NCBI GenBank assembly: GCA_021432655.1
Contig: MU271408.1
Coordinates: forward strand, 9,373 to 71,510
DNA length: 62,138 bases
From: Atractiella rhizophila
Taxonomy: Eukaryota
Direction of reading: 5' to 3'
A program made the translations under genes and the position numbers. The notes beneath the pieces are model-generated. The model did no database searches. It saw nothing but the letters and a program-made list of their open reading frames with translations, and had not been told where the DNA came from. Within the stretch, counting starts at the first letter, position 1; each line of letters opens with the position of its first letter. Shown one piece after another: positions 41,001-54,731 of the stretch.

Positions 41001-44000
41001 CTCGCTCCTCAGATCCTTTCGTAGCCGATCTCGATAATTCCCTCGAGAGGGTGACCAGTAGTTGGTTGCGATTGAACGATATGCACCTTCTCCAGAACGT
41101 CACAGACCTCATCTGCAAAGTCGTCAATCTCTTCGCTCGATATAACGTTGAACTTTCAAAAGGCTCTCTTCAACAACTTCATAAGTATATTGACAAAGGT
41201 CTCGACATCCGTCCCATCGCCAAGAAAAGTACGCTTCTCACGGCGGATCAGATCACCTCCATGCTCACAGCTCTCGTAAAGCATCCGACGCAAGGAGACC
41301 CGTTCAAAGCCATCTTAGACAAAGCACAGCAGGGTGCTTCTGATAACCAGGAGGTGATAGAAATCCTGGATGATGAAGTCATGGAGGTAGAACAGCCTCA
41401 ACAGGCAAAAGTGGTCCCCAAGAAAGTGAAACCAACACCTGCTCCACAAAAAGGGTCCACTTCAAGGGCTCCACTGCCGCCAAAAACAGTTCAGAAACCG
41501 ACTCGTCCACTTAACCCTCTCAATGTTGCTGCAAAATCGACTCCTCAGCAGCTCAGCTCAGAAGATGACACGGAGTCAGAGGATGAAGGTGGTTTGGCAG
41601 CACTGGGCAAAGCTCAGAAAGATTCTCCCATCAGACGACCTCCTCAGCTCATTCGACCAGCTCGGACTGATCCCTTCACGGCCGCTCCTCCTCGCCGAAC
41701 GATGATGCTTGACGGACCCCCTGGACTGCAACGAAGGCAACCAATGGTCATGACCGAACAACAGCGTCTGCGTGAAGAGCAGAACCGCAGGGTGAACCGT
41801 CGGAATATGTGCAATAAAGTCGCCAAAGAATTCGATGGATTATACCGTACGATCCTACAGTGGGATCCGAGCCAACCAGGAGAATACCCGCCAGGATTTT
41901 CTCGACCACTCAAAAGTGTTGCTCATACCTTTAAGGAAGCGAAGGACTATCATGCTATCTTTCATCCCCTTCTTATGATTGAGTGCTGGCAGCAAATCCT
42001 CAAAGCGAAAGAAGAAGGTGCCTCCTCCGACAGGTCCCCTCTCACTGTCAAGATCGCTGATCGCTCAAACGTCGACGACTTCGTTGAGTTGACAGTCGTT
42101 CCCACGGCTCAGGAGTCTATCGAGAATCAGGAATACAGCGAAGTTGACTTAATTGAACTTTCGCGTAGAGGCAAAACAATCCTCGGCAAGATCTCCTCGG
42201 TACAAAAGAAGAGGACACAAATCGAACTCAAGATCATCTGCAGCTTCGGGAACGATGTTAGCAGAGTCGGGTTGGATCTAATCCCGAATACAGATTGGGA
42301 GCTGAGTAAGGTTACGAGGTATACAAGCTTGTTTGACAAAGCCGATCACTGATTCTGATGTTTGCAGTTTGAGCACGATCATGCGAGAATATGCAGCCCT
42401 TAGGACCCTACCCTACTTAGAAATGCGCGCCGATATTCTTAAACCACATCTTCCTCCACGTCCAAACATCGAATCAGCCGATATTCGTCGCGTTATGCAA
42501 ACTTACAAAGTGAATGAGCCTCAAGCGGCGGCCATTACCGGGTCTTTACAGACTCGCGGTTTCTCTCTCATTCAAGGGTACGCACTCTAAGGCTTCCTTG
42601 ATTTCCACTCAATTCAGGAGCAGACCACCTGGTACTGGTAAGACCTCAACAATCGTTGGCCTTGTTGGCGCTTTCTTGTTCGAGAACAAGCTTTGTGGAC
42701 GACCGGTTGGTCGAAAGCCGAAATTATTGCTGTGTGCTCCTAGTAACGCTGCCGTTGACGAGGTGGCCAAACGACTCAAGGACGGGGTGAGAAACGTGCA
42801 AGGGGCATTGGTTGTTCCGAAAGTCGTAAGAATTGGCGCCGAGGCTTCAGTTAACCTTTCCGTAAAGGACATCTTCGTGGATTCTCTGGTGGACAAAAAG
42901 CTGGAGCGAGAGCCGAAGCCGAATGAAGTTGAGGGCGTCAACGCGGAGGTGAAACAGCTTGCTGCTCAACTCGAAGAGACAAAGACCCGCAAAAATCGAA
43001 AACGGGAGGAGATTGAGACTACGCACAACAATCAAGCCCTTGTTACGAAGTTGGAAGGCGAACTTCGAGCCATAATTGCTCATTCCAACAGCCTCTATCA
43101 GCAGCTTCAGGATAGGAAGGACAAACTCAAAAGCACCTATCGCGCCAGGGACGACGCAAGGGTTAGAGCGAGGAAGGAAGTTCTCGACGAAGCAGATGTT
43201 ATCTGCGCTACCCTTTCAGGCTCCGGTCATGACTATATGGCCAACCTTTCCTATGAATTCGACACCGTTATTATTGATGAAGCTGCTCAGTCAGTTGAGA
43301 TCAGCTCTCTCATCCCGTTGAGGTATGGGTGCACAAAGTGCATCCTAGTTGGGGGTATGTTCCTGAGTACTCGGTCACGTGATCTAAACCAATTTATGTC
43401 GTAGATCCCAATCAGCTGCCGCCCACCGTGATATCTACTGAAGCAACAAAGGCGGGATACAATAACAGCATTTTTGTGCGGTTGCAAGCCGAGTCTGCAC
43501 GAAATGCTTATCTGCTCAGGTTGGGTCCTCCTTGATTTCGATATTCTGCTTACAGGCTACCTTCATAGCATCCAATACAGAATGCATAGCACTATAAGTG
43601 CTTTCCCCAGCAAGCAGTTTTACCAGTCGCGTCTCATGGACGGTCCGGGAATGGATGAGAAGACGAAGCGACCGTGGCATCAAAACCGCTTGTTTCCACC
43701 GTACCGTTTCTTTGATATCGATGGCAGAGAGGAAAGGGACAGGTTTAATTCGATCGTGAACCGATTCGAAGCTAACATGGCCGTTCAACTCTACGCGCGG
43801 CTGCAGACCGCCTGTCCGTCCAGTTTTCTCGATTACCAAGTTGGGGTCGTTGCTCCTTACAAAGGTCAAATGGTCGAACTTCGCCGTCAGTTCAGAGCTC
43901 GATTTGGTCAGGACATCGTTGGAAAAGTAGATTTTAACACAGTCGACGGTTTTCAGGGGCAAGAGAAGGACATAATCATTCTCTCCCTCGCTCGAGGCGG

Positions 44001-44997
44001 TAATGATGACGCTGGCGTCGGTTTCTTGAAGGATACGAGGCGAATGAACGTAGCCTTGACTAGGGCTAGAGCGTCCCTTTTTATTCTTGGGAACTCTAAG
44101 GCCTTACGGCAGAATGAAATCTGGAAGGCGTTACTGGATGACGCCCAGGAAAGAAACGCAATCCAGCAGGTAAGTGGTTGTGAGCACATGATGATCTAGT
44201 TCAGACCTTCTTTCAGTGCGACAAATATACATTTTCCTCTGATATCGCGCCGTCTGTCAACGAGACTTCAAAGACACCAGTTCCCTCCTTGCTAAAAGCT
44301 TCACCTCGAAAAGCAGCGGCCTCGAAAACGTCTAAGGGTAATAATAAACCTGTGGCTGAATCTCCGATCCCGGAGCTTTTCACTCCTGGTCAGTTTTCCC
44401 AAAATCGACGTAGTAACTCTGCATTGCAGCGGTCTCTCTCCTCCAACCTCGGAAAACGCGAACTTGCAGAGCCCCAGTCAGACTTGCCTCGAAAACGACC
44501 ACGAGATAGCGTAGATACCAGTACGAGGGAAAGCTCGACGAACGGACAAGGAACATTGCACAAAACCAACATGTCTGGCCCGCAGGCTGCATTGATTCCA
44601 GGTTGTCCGCGCGACCCCGATGATATGGACATAGACAGTCCTCCTCTCAAAACGACACCGTTGCCTGCAAGTTTGCCTCAGAAACCTAGCAGCGCTGTTG
44701 GCGATTCTTTGCGAACCGATCCACGCAGTGGAATTTATCCCAATATCAATAACCGACCGCCAGCGGCGCTATTCCACAACACAAATGGTCCTTCAAGTCG
44801 TGTCAATGGAATCACGCTTCGTGGCCCTCCTTATAATGAGCCTGAGGTACCAATCTACTTATTTATAGAGTGAATATTGAGCTTATTCAACTACTCACTT
44901 ACAGATCCCAGAAGAATCTCGACGGTCGAGGGGTGATCATGTCGATCGTCGAGAAGGCAGAGGCAGAGGCAGAGGTAGAGGTAGAGGGAGGAGGTGA
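38035..44997 (+). CDS. SEN1: Sen1/senataxin SF1 RNA-DNA helicase; long first intron 38349-38862
   Basis: N-terminal HWFC...GCETC, large SEN1_N region, QG|PPGTGKT, LLCAPSNAAVDE, IIDEAAQ, VGDPNQLPPT, QYRMH, TVDGFQGQEKD, RRMNVALTRAR; last exon ends GRGRGRGRGRGRR*. Confidence 0.93.
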
Positions 44998-45657
44998 AAG
45001 AGACAGAAGCGGACCAGACTTTTTAGATCGGTGACTTCTGTTCGCCCACATTTCAGTCCAATGCATTTCGTGCATTATGCATAATGTACCATCAGACAAC
45101 GTTTCACTCTCTTGCTTCTATAAACTAATATTGTAAACGTATATTCACCTTGATGTTGCCTTGTTGTATTTGCCCCATTTATAACCACATAGTCTTTCCT
45201 CTAGTTTCTTTGGCCACATATATTTATGCAAGTAATATGTTGTCTTAGGGGTGCTTTCCTCTGCAGCGGTAAGTACTTGGAAAGAAGGAAGGTGATCGTG
45301 ATATTGCTGAGCAGACTTGGAGACGACTGGTGACTGGTGGATCGAAGGGTGAGCCTGCCAGTGCCTCAACGCTCCCTTTTCTGTCCTCAGAGCAGGTTTA
45401 TATTTAGGAGAAATTGTTTAGTCTTATTATGTATTTGTTTAGTCGATGGTCTGAAGATCTTCCGCTGACTTTACTCTGCACTCGCAATTTCTTGGCTGCG
45501 TCTTCCTGCCCCCACCAGCGGAGTTTGAATTGCGCGCACCGTGAGACGGGGCGACTGACGACCGGGGGGTGGGGATGGCGCGAATTAAATAAAGGGAAGG
45601 ATAAGCTAGCGGTTCAGACCTTTCCCGCCCCGTTCGCTCTGCTTTGGAACTGTCAGA

Positions 45658-47413
45658 ATGCTCTTCTTGCAGCTCGTCTTTTTGGGGGCAGTTTCTGCCA
45701 GTTGGTCTCCTGAGCTCACTCGACGCAATAACTCCGGCACTCAAATAATCTATTTCGACCACAAGGCGAATGATGCCTTGGCTGCTGACTTCCCGGGAAG
45801 AGACCAGTTCAGTTCGTATCCGAATCTAACAGAGTCCCAGCTTCCCGCCATAGTTGTCTACAACAAAGCGTTTGAACACATCCTTGGATCCAGCCCCGAA
45901 CTGTTCAGTATCGCGACGAACGACGATCCCAACTCCTTTGTGCGCTGTCTTCCGGTTATGGCTTACACTAATACTGACTACTGCCATACGCGAAGGCACA
46001 TGAAGCACCAGTGTGGATACAAGAGACCAATGAAGTCTTCTTCTGCTCGAACGCCAATCCTACCAGCGGTCAAGATCCAGCATTACAATACGTCTCAAAG
46101 CTCAGTCTCGATCTCACACCTGACCGACAAGCGCCTGTGACCAGGTTGAATGTAATCTTCTCCATCGTCTGATGAAAGTGAACGATTGTGACATTTTGGC
46201 TAGACAAGTTTGATCAACACTAACGGTGGTACCAACTGGAAAGGAAAGCTACTATTTTGTGCTCAGGGACGCAACGAAATTGCAGGCGAATTGGCCTTGG
46301 TGGATCCATATCCACCGTACAAAAAAACAGTCAGCCTCCGCTTCTTTCCGCCAGACTGTCTTTCTTACACCTCGGTGTGATGTAGACTGTAGTAAACAAC
46401 TTTTATGGACGCCAGTTCAATTCACCAAACGACGTCGATATCCATCCAACTTCGAAAGCAATTTTCTTTACGGATCCTTTGTATGGCTTCTATCAAGCCT
46501 TTAGACCACCTCAAGTGCGCGCTTTCGCACAATAGCATAGAAGTGCTGCTGACAGTTCGGAGTGCAGCAATTCCCTGTCCAAATCTACCGACTCGATCCT
46601 GACACTGGAGTCGTCACGGCGGTCGCGGATGGCTTCACAGACTGCAATGGACTCGCCTTCAGTCCTGATGGCAAGACTGTTTATGTGTAGGCGTGAAAGT
46701 TCTTTCATAGTGGGTCGAGCTGACGCTTCCTAAAGCGCAGATACGGGAACTGTCCAAGGAACAGGCAATGGTTTGTCCATCTGCCTCCACCCTCAGCCGC
46801 ACCTCAGTTAATTCTTCAATACAGGGACAGTGTTCCGTAACCCTGCTTTCCCAGCAACGATGTGAGCTTTATCCTATGTCCTTACTCGTACTGAATTAAA
46901 GCGTAGTTACGAGTACGATGTGTTACCAGTTTCCAAAGGACAGAGGTTTGCCAACAGACGGATCTTCGCCTACATCGATTCTGGGGTGCCGGGTTGGTCT
47001 TCAACGTTGTCTACTTATTGAAAGTCAGCCTGAATTCTGAGGTATTAGATGGCGTGAAGGTGGACACGAATGGAAATGTCTACGCCAGCTGTGGGGACGG
47101 CGTTCATGTGCGATGTTTCGAGAATACAAGTTCAAAGTATCTAACCACGAGGACAGGTTTTCTCTCCAGATTCAGTGCTTTTAGGGAAGTTCTTGATCGG
47201 AAAGACAAGCGCCAATCTCGCGTTCGCCGTAAGCTACCGAAGTCACGTTGAGAGCATAGTACTGAAGTATATCGATAGGGACATGGAAGACTGATCATTC
47301 TTGCAGAGAATGAAATCTTCTTGGCGAAGGTAAATCGCTCTCTCCACAATTCAGACGCGTCTCTAATGAGTTTGATGCAGTTGGATGCTGGAGGCACTTT
47401 GCCTGTTGCTTGA
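45658..47413 (+). CDS. Secreted SMP-30/gluconolactonase family protein (lactonohydrolase-like), copy 1
   Basis: Signal peptide, AHEAPVW, NGGTNW, NFYGRQFNSPNDV, IFFTDPLYG, NGLAFSPDGKTVY, DGVKVDTNGNVYASCGDGVH. Confidence 0.88.
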
Positions 47414-47548
47414 AAGCAGGAGTCTTAAGCTTCTCACGGGAGGTACAAAGATATCACTCAAAAATATCCATGAAATAAATCGTTAAACGCCTTCATGATT
47501 GGTACGAACATAGCAACTTGCCCAGGGTAACTTAGCAAGAAAAATGCG

Positions 47549-48952
47549 CTACAAATTCCAGCCTGACCAACTATTCCCGCCATCGCGAGATATCTCCACG
47601 TTCTCGCCCTGAGAACCAAAGTATCCCATCCCTGCCCAGTTTATCATTTCGGTTCGGCTAAATGGTCCTTGCACGGTCTTGCTGGAATCATTCAAAAAGC
47701 GATAAGCAATGTCTTTGACCTCAGAGAGGTCGGTCAGGTTTCCAGTGGGGCGAGAGATGAGTGAGCTCGATGTGATGGAAGAATCGATGGCGTCGCTTGC
47801 TCCAGAACCACTGAAGGCGGGGTTGGAAGGTAACCAATCACGTCGCACGGCTCCTTCGTCTTTGAGGGTCTGTAAAATCTCCAATCCGGTCATCTCGAAG
47901 ATTGTAACTTCATTGTGGGCTGACAGAAGGGTAGAACTAAGCGTCGCTAGACGTGCAAGCTGTTCCGCAGCTTTTGTCGCTTCTGAATCATCCGTGGTCC
48001 TGTCTTCCTTCAAATTTTTGGAGCTGGAACGTTTCTTCTGAAGCTTCCCAATCCTCGAAAGGGCTTGCGTAACCGTCTCCCTCGGTCCAACCAGTTCCAA
48101 GACACCCTTCAAACAATCGTCTCGGTCCAAGGCCGCCCCCTCCGTCGCTATTCTCTCCCTCTCTTTCTGCTCCCTTGCCTTCTTCGCCGCTCTTGCAGCC
48201 TTAATTTCCGCCTTCGAATTAACACCATCGAGCCAGACGTCGTGCTTCTCTCCCTGGTCTTTTGCATTCCGAACATAAGAACCGTCTGCAGAGAAGCGTC
48301 CTTCGCGCATCTCTTCGGACATGTTAAAGCCAGTAAGAGAGAAGCCCATTCCCGTTTTGGAGCGACTGGTTCGCGGAGCGTCATCATCGTTCGCTCGGTC
48401 GTCTTCTGACAAGTATTCCTCCTCAGAGACTTCCGAACCAGAACGCGCTTCTTCGTCGTCCGATCCATACGCGTTCTTCTTCTTGTCCCCGTTGCCAAAT
48501 TCTTGACCCTTAATATCTCCTAACTCAAGAAAGCTGTTGCGTCCAATCCGTGAGCTCTAGAAAATGAGGAGTGGAAGAAAGGCGTACTCTTTATTATCCC
48601 CACCACTCTCAATATCCAATCCCTTGTCCAGGAACCTGTCGTCTTTCTTCTTTGTCTTCATCCCCTCACCACCATCGTCGCCACCGAACATATCAACATC
48701 CTCGCCCTTCTTCGTTTCTTCATCTTCCTCCTCATCGCTCGAACTCTCCGACCCCGCCTCCCTCAACTTCCGCTTCTCCTTCTTTCGCGCGGAACCATCG
48801 TTCAGATAGTCAATATCGAAATCGTCGTCGGACTCGTTCCCTGCTCCCTTCTTAGATGTGGAAGGGATGGAGTGGACGGTAGGTTTAGACGACGTGAAAC
48901 GCGCTTTCTTCGATCGAGCGGCTGCTTCGTCAGGAGAGTTTCGTCGCTTCAT
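47549..48952 (-). CDS. LIN1: Lin1/CD2BP2 (U5-52K) GYF-domain protein
   Basis: GFNMSEEMREGRFSADGSYVR, DVWLDG, ETVTQALSRIG, C-terminal GYF domain QGPFSRTEMINWAGMGYFG. Confidence 0.85.
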
Positions 48953-49297
48953 TTGCCTTTGTTCGCTGCAGGGGTTATAATTGACGATATTCTGGACTAT
49001 CGGACAAAAGACGGGATGTTGTGTGTTCAACGTTCACAGACTGTGAAAGTGCAAAGTCAGTACCAAAGCTCAAAATGCACTTCCTAACCAGAGATTTTCC
49101 AATACTCACCCTGCACCTGCGACTACGGCTGAACAAAGGCTGTAAAATCGTGGTCTTCACTTTCGGCGGATGCAGTGAGGAAAGATACATCACGTGATTG
49201 GCTGCGGTTCCCAAGCCTGAACGACAACCAACACTCTGCCTTGCTTTCAAGCTCTCTCTGCACCAGCGTCTTCGAACCAGCGCACATATCAGTCATC

Positions 49298-49902
49298 ATG
49301 AACCCTCACCAGCGAAACAAGGTCGATATTTCGGTGAGTCCGCCGGAAATCCCAAAGGAGCAAAGTGCTGATCCGGGATCTTGTTGGTTGGGATGGGATA
49401 GAAAATGACTGAGGAGGAGCAGAAACTTTTCAGGCTCTATGGAAAGCTCCCTAAACCTAAGGGTCTCCTCACCAAACAGCTTCAGGTTAGTGCCTCTCTT
49501 CTTTCTCATCTGCCTCCAAATTCTCCGCGGCTAAGGCAAATGAATCGGTCGTCTTACTCTGTCCGGGTTGGGGTGGGCGTGTAGGAACGCAAATACTTTG
49601 ATTCTGGCGACTACGCTCTCTCCCAGGCCGGAAAATCCTCTCCTCAATCGGTCGGGACGGCCATCCCTTCTCCCGAGAACATTCCTCATCATAAGCATGG
49701 GCTTTCGAACGAAATCGGGGTCGGATCCCCTATCTCTCCCTCTCCTACTACTTTCACGACCACTACCACTGTCTCGAGCGAAGGCATCCCTGTACAAGCC
49801 GAAACCGCAATTTCAGGAACGAGCCCTACTCACTCTAGTGGGCTCAGGGCAGGCGTGACGAGCATGGTGGATGATGATGAGGAAACTGCGACGAAGTCTT
49901 GA
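49298..49902 (+). CDS. IGO1: Endosulfine/ARPP-19 family protein (Igo1/Igo2), 3 exons
   Basis: MNPHQRNKVDIS|KMTEEEQKLFRLYGKLP...Q|ERKYFDSGDYAL, the Greatwall/Rim15 phosphorylation motif. Confidence 0.92.
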
Positions 49903-50576
49903 AAGCTGATCAATATGGCGTAAGAATAGGGATTGTTGGTTCGGGATTGTGAGAAATCTTCTACTCTTGTTCAGTCTGGAGCTGGGTTCTTGTGTCCCGA
50001 TCTCCCCTTCCCATTTCAATCGTTGAGATCCGCGATTTGACTTTGCGTACATCATCCATATCTTCTCTTCTATGTGTATGTTTACTGTGCTTTGTGCTGC
50101 TGTTGCTTAATCAGTCACCAAATCAAACAAAACATCGAATTCGAACCACATGTCAAAAAATATCTCACTTGTTGCGCTTTTCTGTTTTCATTGTTTTTCA
50201 TTGGCCCCCCCCGTTTTTTTTCCCCCTCTCATCCCCAAGACATCGAATAGGTCTGGTATTCTGTGACTCAAAAGAATAACAATAGCATGTGGGTTTCTAG
50301 TTTGGGTTTGCAGTCTGATTTAGCTGTTTAACTACTCCAGTTAGCGTGATAGTCTTCCTCACTCTCTTCTTTTCTTCGGGTCTCGAAGATCCATTGGATT
50401 CCTTGATTTGAATTCGCTTGAGGAGAGGCTTGTTTACACTGGAGATCTACACGTTCTGTGGTTGTTCTACTTGTATTTTTTTGAATGATGATGACATTTT
50501 ATGACCTATAGCTGTGTTGCCCGGTGATTCTCCTTCTGTAACTGCAACCTCTGGCGAACTGTCAATTGCAGAGAGG

Positions 50577-52478
50577 TTACGCGTTCGGTAAAGTGCCCTG
50601 TGCGCTCAGCTTCCCGATCGTCAGCTGCTGTTCTCGAAGAAGTAGACGTGAAAGCACTGACCCCCGCCAGGAAGATTTCGTCATTAGCTAGAATTATGAG
50701 CCTTCCGAACCCCTAGCAGTCACACATCGTCAACAATATGAAAAGTGCCAAGCTAGGGAAAACAGACAGCGAACACCAGGTTCGAGCTCGTCTTCCCAAG
50801 CAAGAACTTTCCGAGCAACACACCATCTGATGCGAAGACCTAGTTTGCGTCTGTCAAACGGGGTGGGATGCAGTGCACAACAAGCGCATACGTGGACTCC
50901 ATCTCCCGCACTAGCATAAACGTTGCCTCTTGTATCCACTTTGATACCATCTGGAAAATTGATTAGTGTCTCCGTTACCGTTAAACGCTTGCGATGTTTG
51001 AAACCTGCCTGCTGCTCCTGTGTCGACGTATGCAAAAACGCGACGGTTGATAAATCTTTGTCCTAGAGGCACGCTGAGCACATCAAATTCATAGCTAAGG
51101 GCAACTTCAGCTAGCCCCAAGTTGATTGAATACGCCTTACATGGTTGCTGGACTCGACGGATCGAAGAAGACTGTGCCTTGATGCCCAGTCAGTTATTCG
51201 TTCACGTCTGGGATGAGGGAAGTACCGTTGCCGTTCCCTCGTGCAACGCCGGTGTCAGTACTTTCCTTTACAAAATGAGACTAAAAACTTGGCTAGAAGA
51301 ATGATCCCCTTACACATAAGCTTTCTTCCCATCTGGGCTAAACACCAATCCATTACAGGCTACAAAGCCCTCAGCCACCACCGTCACGCGTCCGTTGTTG
51401 GGATCGAAACGGTAGACTTGGACCGGAAGTTGCTTTCCCAAACCAAGCTGAGCTTAATGCAAACTTGATCTTAAGAAGAAGCCTACGGGTGGCGGTCTGA
51501 ACGCTTGATACCATCCGTACAATGGGTCTGTGAAAAAGATAGCCTTTGACTGGGGATGAACTTCGATGTCGTTTGGAGAATTGAATTGACGGCCATACTG
51601 CGCACCGCAACTCAAGATTATTCCTCGTCAGAGGAACAGCGAACGAAATTATTTAACAACGTCTAGATATCGAGCTCAGTTCTTGATTTCGATTGCAGGA
51701 AGGACGGTACCTTCTTCTGGTATGGAGGACGTGTGTCCACGAGCGCCACTTCCCCAGCGATTCCGTGCCTTCCCTCAGTGCAGTACAGAAGTTTACCGTC
51801 AAAGTTTGTTCCTCCATTCGCTGATCTGTTACAAAGTCAGAAACGACTCCTAGCGTTGAAGCATGCTTACCATTTATTAAATCTAACTGGTTCCAGCTCA
51901 ACACGAAGCGAATCTTTGCAAAGCGAGACACTTCACGTTCAAACGCGTCACATTCACCTTCCCTTCAGGAGATAGGTCATCCAAGCTGAACTTGGAAATA
52001 TAGGTGAGCGATTGATCGTGTCCTGTGAGCGCGTTTGCGTCGGATGAAATGAAGATCTGGCAATCAGTTGAGGATACGCAGGGTGCAAGATTATGGAAGA
52101 GAGGATTACTTCATTGTTCTCTTCAACCCAGATCGGAGCCTCATGGAAGGGAAATACCTACATCCCCGGTCAGTCTCCCATTGCTTAGCCAGGAGATTGT
52201 ACACCAGGCGTGCCACTTATAGCAATGCTGACGAGCGACGGTTCAGGTCCTAATATTTCTTCAAACCGTGCATCGAAAACAACGATAGCCGGAAGTTGGT
52301 CCCGCTCAAGTTCTGGGTAAGGACTGAACTGGTTCCTTCCATGAAAATCTGCAGGTAAAATATTGTGCAACTTCCGGTCGAAATAAACTATTTGAGAGCG
52401 CTTTGAAGAAATGAGCGGCAGGTTGAGCGGTCTGCAGGTTGCTCTGCCAGCAAGTGCGAGGAGGAAGAGAAGAATCAT
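50577..52478 (-). CDS. Secreted SMP-30/gluconolactonase family protein, copy 2
   Basis: Signal peptide MILLFLLALAGRA, PFHEAPIW, YGRQFNSPNDI, IFFTDPLYG, NGLVFSPDGKKAY, PDGIKVDTRGNVYASAGDGVH; clear paralog of 45658-47413. Confidence 0.85.
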
Positions 52479-53140
52479 GACTTCACATACAGTATCGTCA
52501 GGAGGCGTACATTCGTGTTTATAATGGGCAGTGACCTGAGCTAGCATCGGATGCCCGCTCTTATGTCGATTTACATCATTCCTGCATGCATCAATGGCGG
52601 ATATGCAGAATCCAAGGCAGGGTTCTTCAGAAGCCTCAAAGAAGGAGAGGGGCAGCAACACATAGGATAGTATTGCCCGAACCTGGCCCGAACACAATTT
52701 TACACCTGCAATTCCCGTCGCTGATTGCTCAGAGTGCCCCGCACCATCAAAAACAACTTGTTGTAAGTTGCGGCAAGCCTTTTGGATAGTCATGACGATG
52801 TCCAAAGTAGGGTATTCTTGCCCCTGTTCTGATCGCAAGTTATCACTACTGAGATATCATTCTCAAACTCATTCTCAAACTTGCAAGGATCGATGGATCA
52901 AAGGGGAGGTGCAACCAACCACACCAGCAAATTTGCTTTCAGAGGGTTGGTTATCCATGGAAATCCTCGAAGAAATTTGCAAAGCCAAAAACCTGACATA
53001 ATCGTACAAGTGCAGGATGCATCACCAACAATGTTGATGTTTTGATTTTGATGATGAGATCAGGTCACGTGTTCTTCAGGTTCCTCTCACGCGTTTCCTG
53101 AATCTATTGTGATTTACCTGAATAAAGAAGCTTTCTCGCA

Positions 53141-53991
53141 ATGGAATCTATAACTCCCTTCCTCGACAAAATATACACATCCGTGCCTGCGCCCAACCCC
53201 TCCGCGCGTCCTTTGATCACACTCACATTCGCGCAATCGCTCGACTCCCGAATCGGCCTCCGCCACGTCTCCTCTCCTCTCATCCTCTCCGGTCCACTCT
53301 CCTCGACGCTCACCCACTCCTTGCGCGCCAGGCACGACGCCATCCTCGTCGGCGTCTCCACGCTCCTTGCCGACAACTCCCAGCTGAACGCTCGCTCGCC
53401 TCCTCTCCCCTCTTCTTCTGTTCCGACATTGGACCAGCAGCCGGTACCCATTGTACTTGACCCGAAGTTGAGAGCCGGGACGGGGAGTAGAGTGTTGAAG
53501 AATGCGAAGGAGGGGAAGGGGAGGAGGCCAATTTGGATCGCCGCATTGGGTCCACAAGATGATCGAGAGGGAGGTCGGTGGGAGAGGAGGAAGAAGGAAT
53601 TGGTAGAGGCTGGTGCTGCTGTTGTATTAGGTTGTAAAACAACGAATGAAGGCATGACATTTCCTCCCTGCGCACGAACTCATCTTTGATAACAGTATTC
53701 TCAGGCCATATAAGTTTACCCGATCTCCTCTCTATCCTCGCAAACACACCTCCACCCCTCACTCCCATACATTCGATAATGGTTGAAGGCGGTTCTCGCG
53801 TCATACGATCGTTCCTCCAACACCACCTCGTCGATCTTCTCATTATCACTATTGCCCCTGTTATCGTCGGCGCCAACGGAGTCCAGGGTTTCGCGTGGGA
53901 TGGAAGCGAAGAGACGATACCCAAATTGGAAAGTTTGGGAAACCTCTTGTTGGGAAATGATGTTGTGATGGCTTGCAAGACGACGATATAG
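53141..53991 (+). CDS. RIB7: 2,5-diamino-6-ribosylamino-4(3H)-pyrimidinone 5'-phosphate reductase (riboflavin synthesis), one intron ending 53704
   Basis: RPLITLTFAQSLDSRI, THSLRARHDAILVGVSTLLADNSQLN, PIVLDPKLR, SIMVEGGSRVI, TIAPVIVG. Confidence 0.92.
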
Positions 53992-54731
53992 CATACCTCG
54001 TCCCGGCCTACTAGCTGAGCGCGGCGCTTTGCATCTGTCCCATATCTCAAGCGTGGAATCGAAATGGAGTGTCAAGATATGCTTCAGCTTCAGCTTCATT
54101 AGCTATCCTTAGCTGTCAGAAGGACGAGGATGGGACTTTTGATGTCCATATTATCATGCAGACTCTTCTGAGCTGGCTTGAATGGGAAAATTAGTAGTCT
54201 TATCTATCCGTGTGCGGCCGCCAGTTTGCGCTGGCTTGAAATGGCTTATGGGAACGTTGGTTGAGAAATAGTTTGTATACGATGTAGCCATTTGCAGCGA
54301 CCCTTGTTTGACGTCGATTGCGATTGTCCTCCTTCGTTGTTATGAGGAGTAGACACATTTACATTCATAATTCAAGTCGAGTTACTAGAAACCGACACCA
54401 GAGTAGTAAAGTAAGCAACATTGGGGGTATGAGAAGTCGATATAATACTAGTGATGTCATTACAGCGCCTCCATTCACACATTGAGTCCCTCCAAGAATC
54501 CCTGCAACCACTTATCCTCCTCTGGCTGCTCAAAACAAAGGCATTAACTCCTTCCTTTGACACAAAAGCAAAAGAGTGCGATCAGACACACCTTGTAGTA
54601 CTTCCTCTTCCTCAACCGCATCGCTTCCAGCACTGTTTCCTCTGTTATCTTACCGCCTTCAAGTTCAGTCTCATTCAAACCACGATAAATAAGCGCTCGA
54701 GCGGCAGGATGGAGCTGTCACAAACGGGAGA

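Noticed and set aside
52480..52838. N-terminal extension of lactonase copy 2 suggested by ORF 52185-52838
   Set aside because: The signal peptide and similarity to the paralog start at ATG 52478; the upstream open frame is probably incidental.
53051..53101. ATGATGA...CTGA as a C/D snoRNA
   Set aside because: Only about 50 nt, no terminal stem or recognisable guide; lies in the RIB7 promoter/5' UTR.
53634..53704. GC-AG intron in RIB7 (G|GCATGA at 53652)
   Set aside because: A GT donor (GTAAAA near 53634) gives an equally in-frame product, so a GC donor cannot be claimed.
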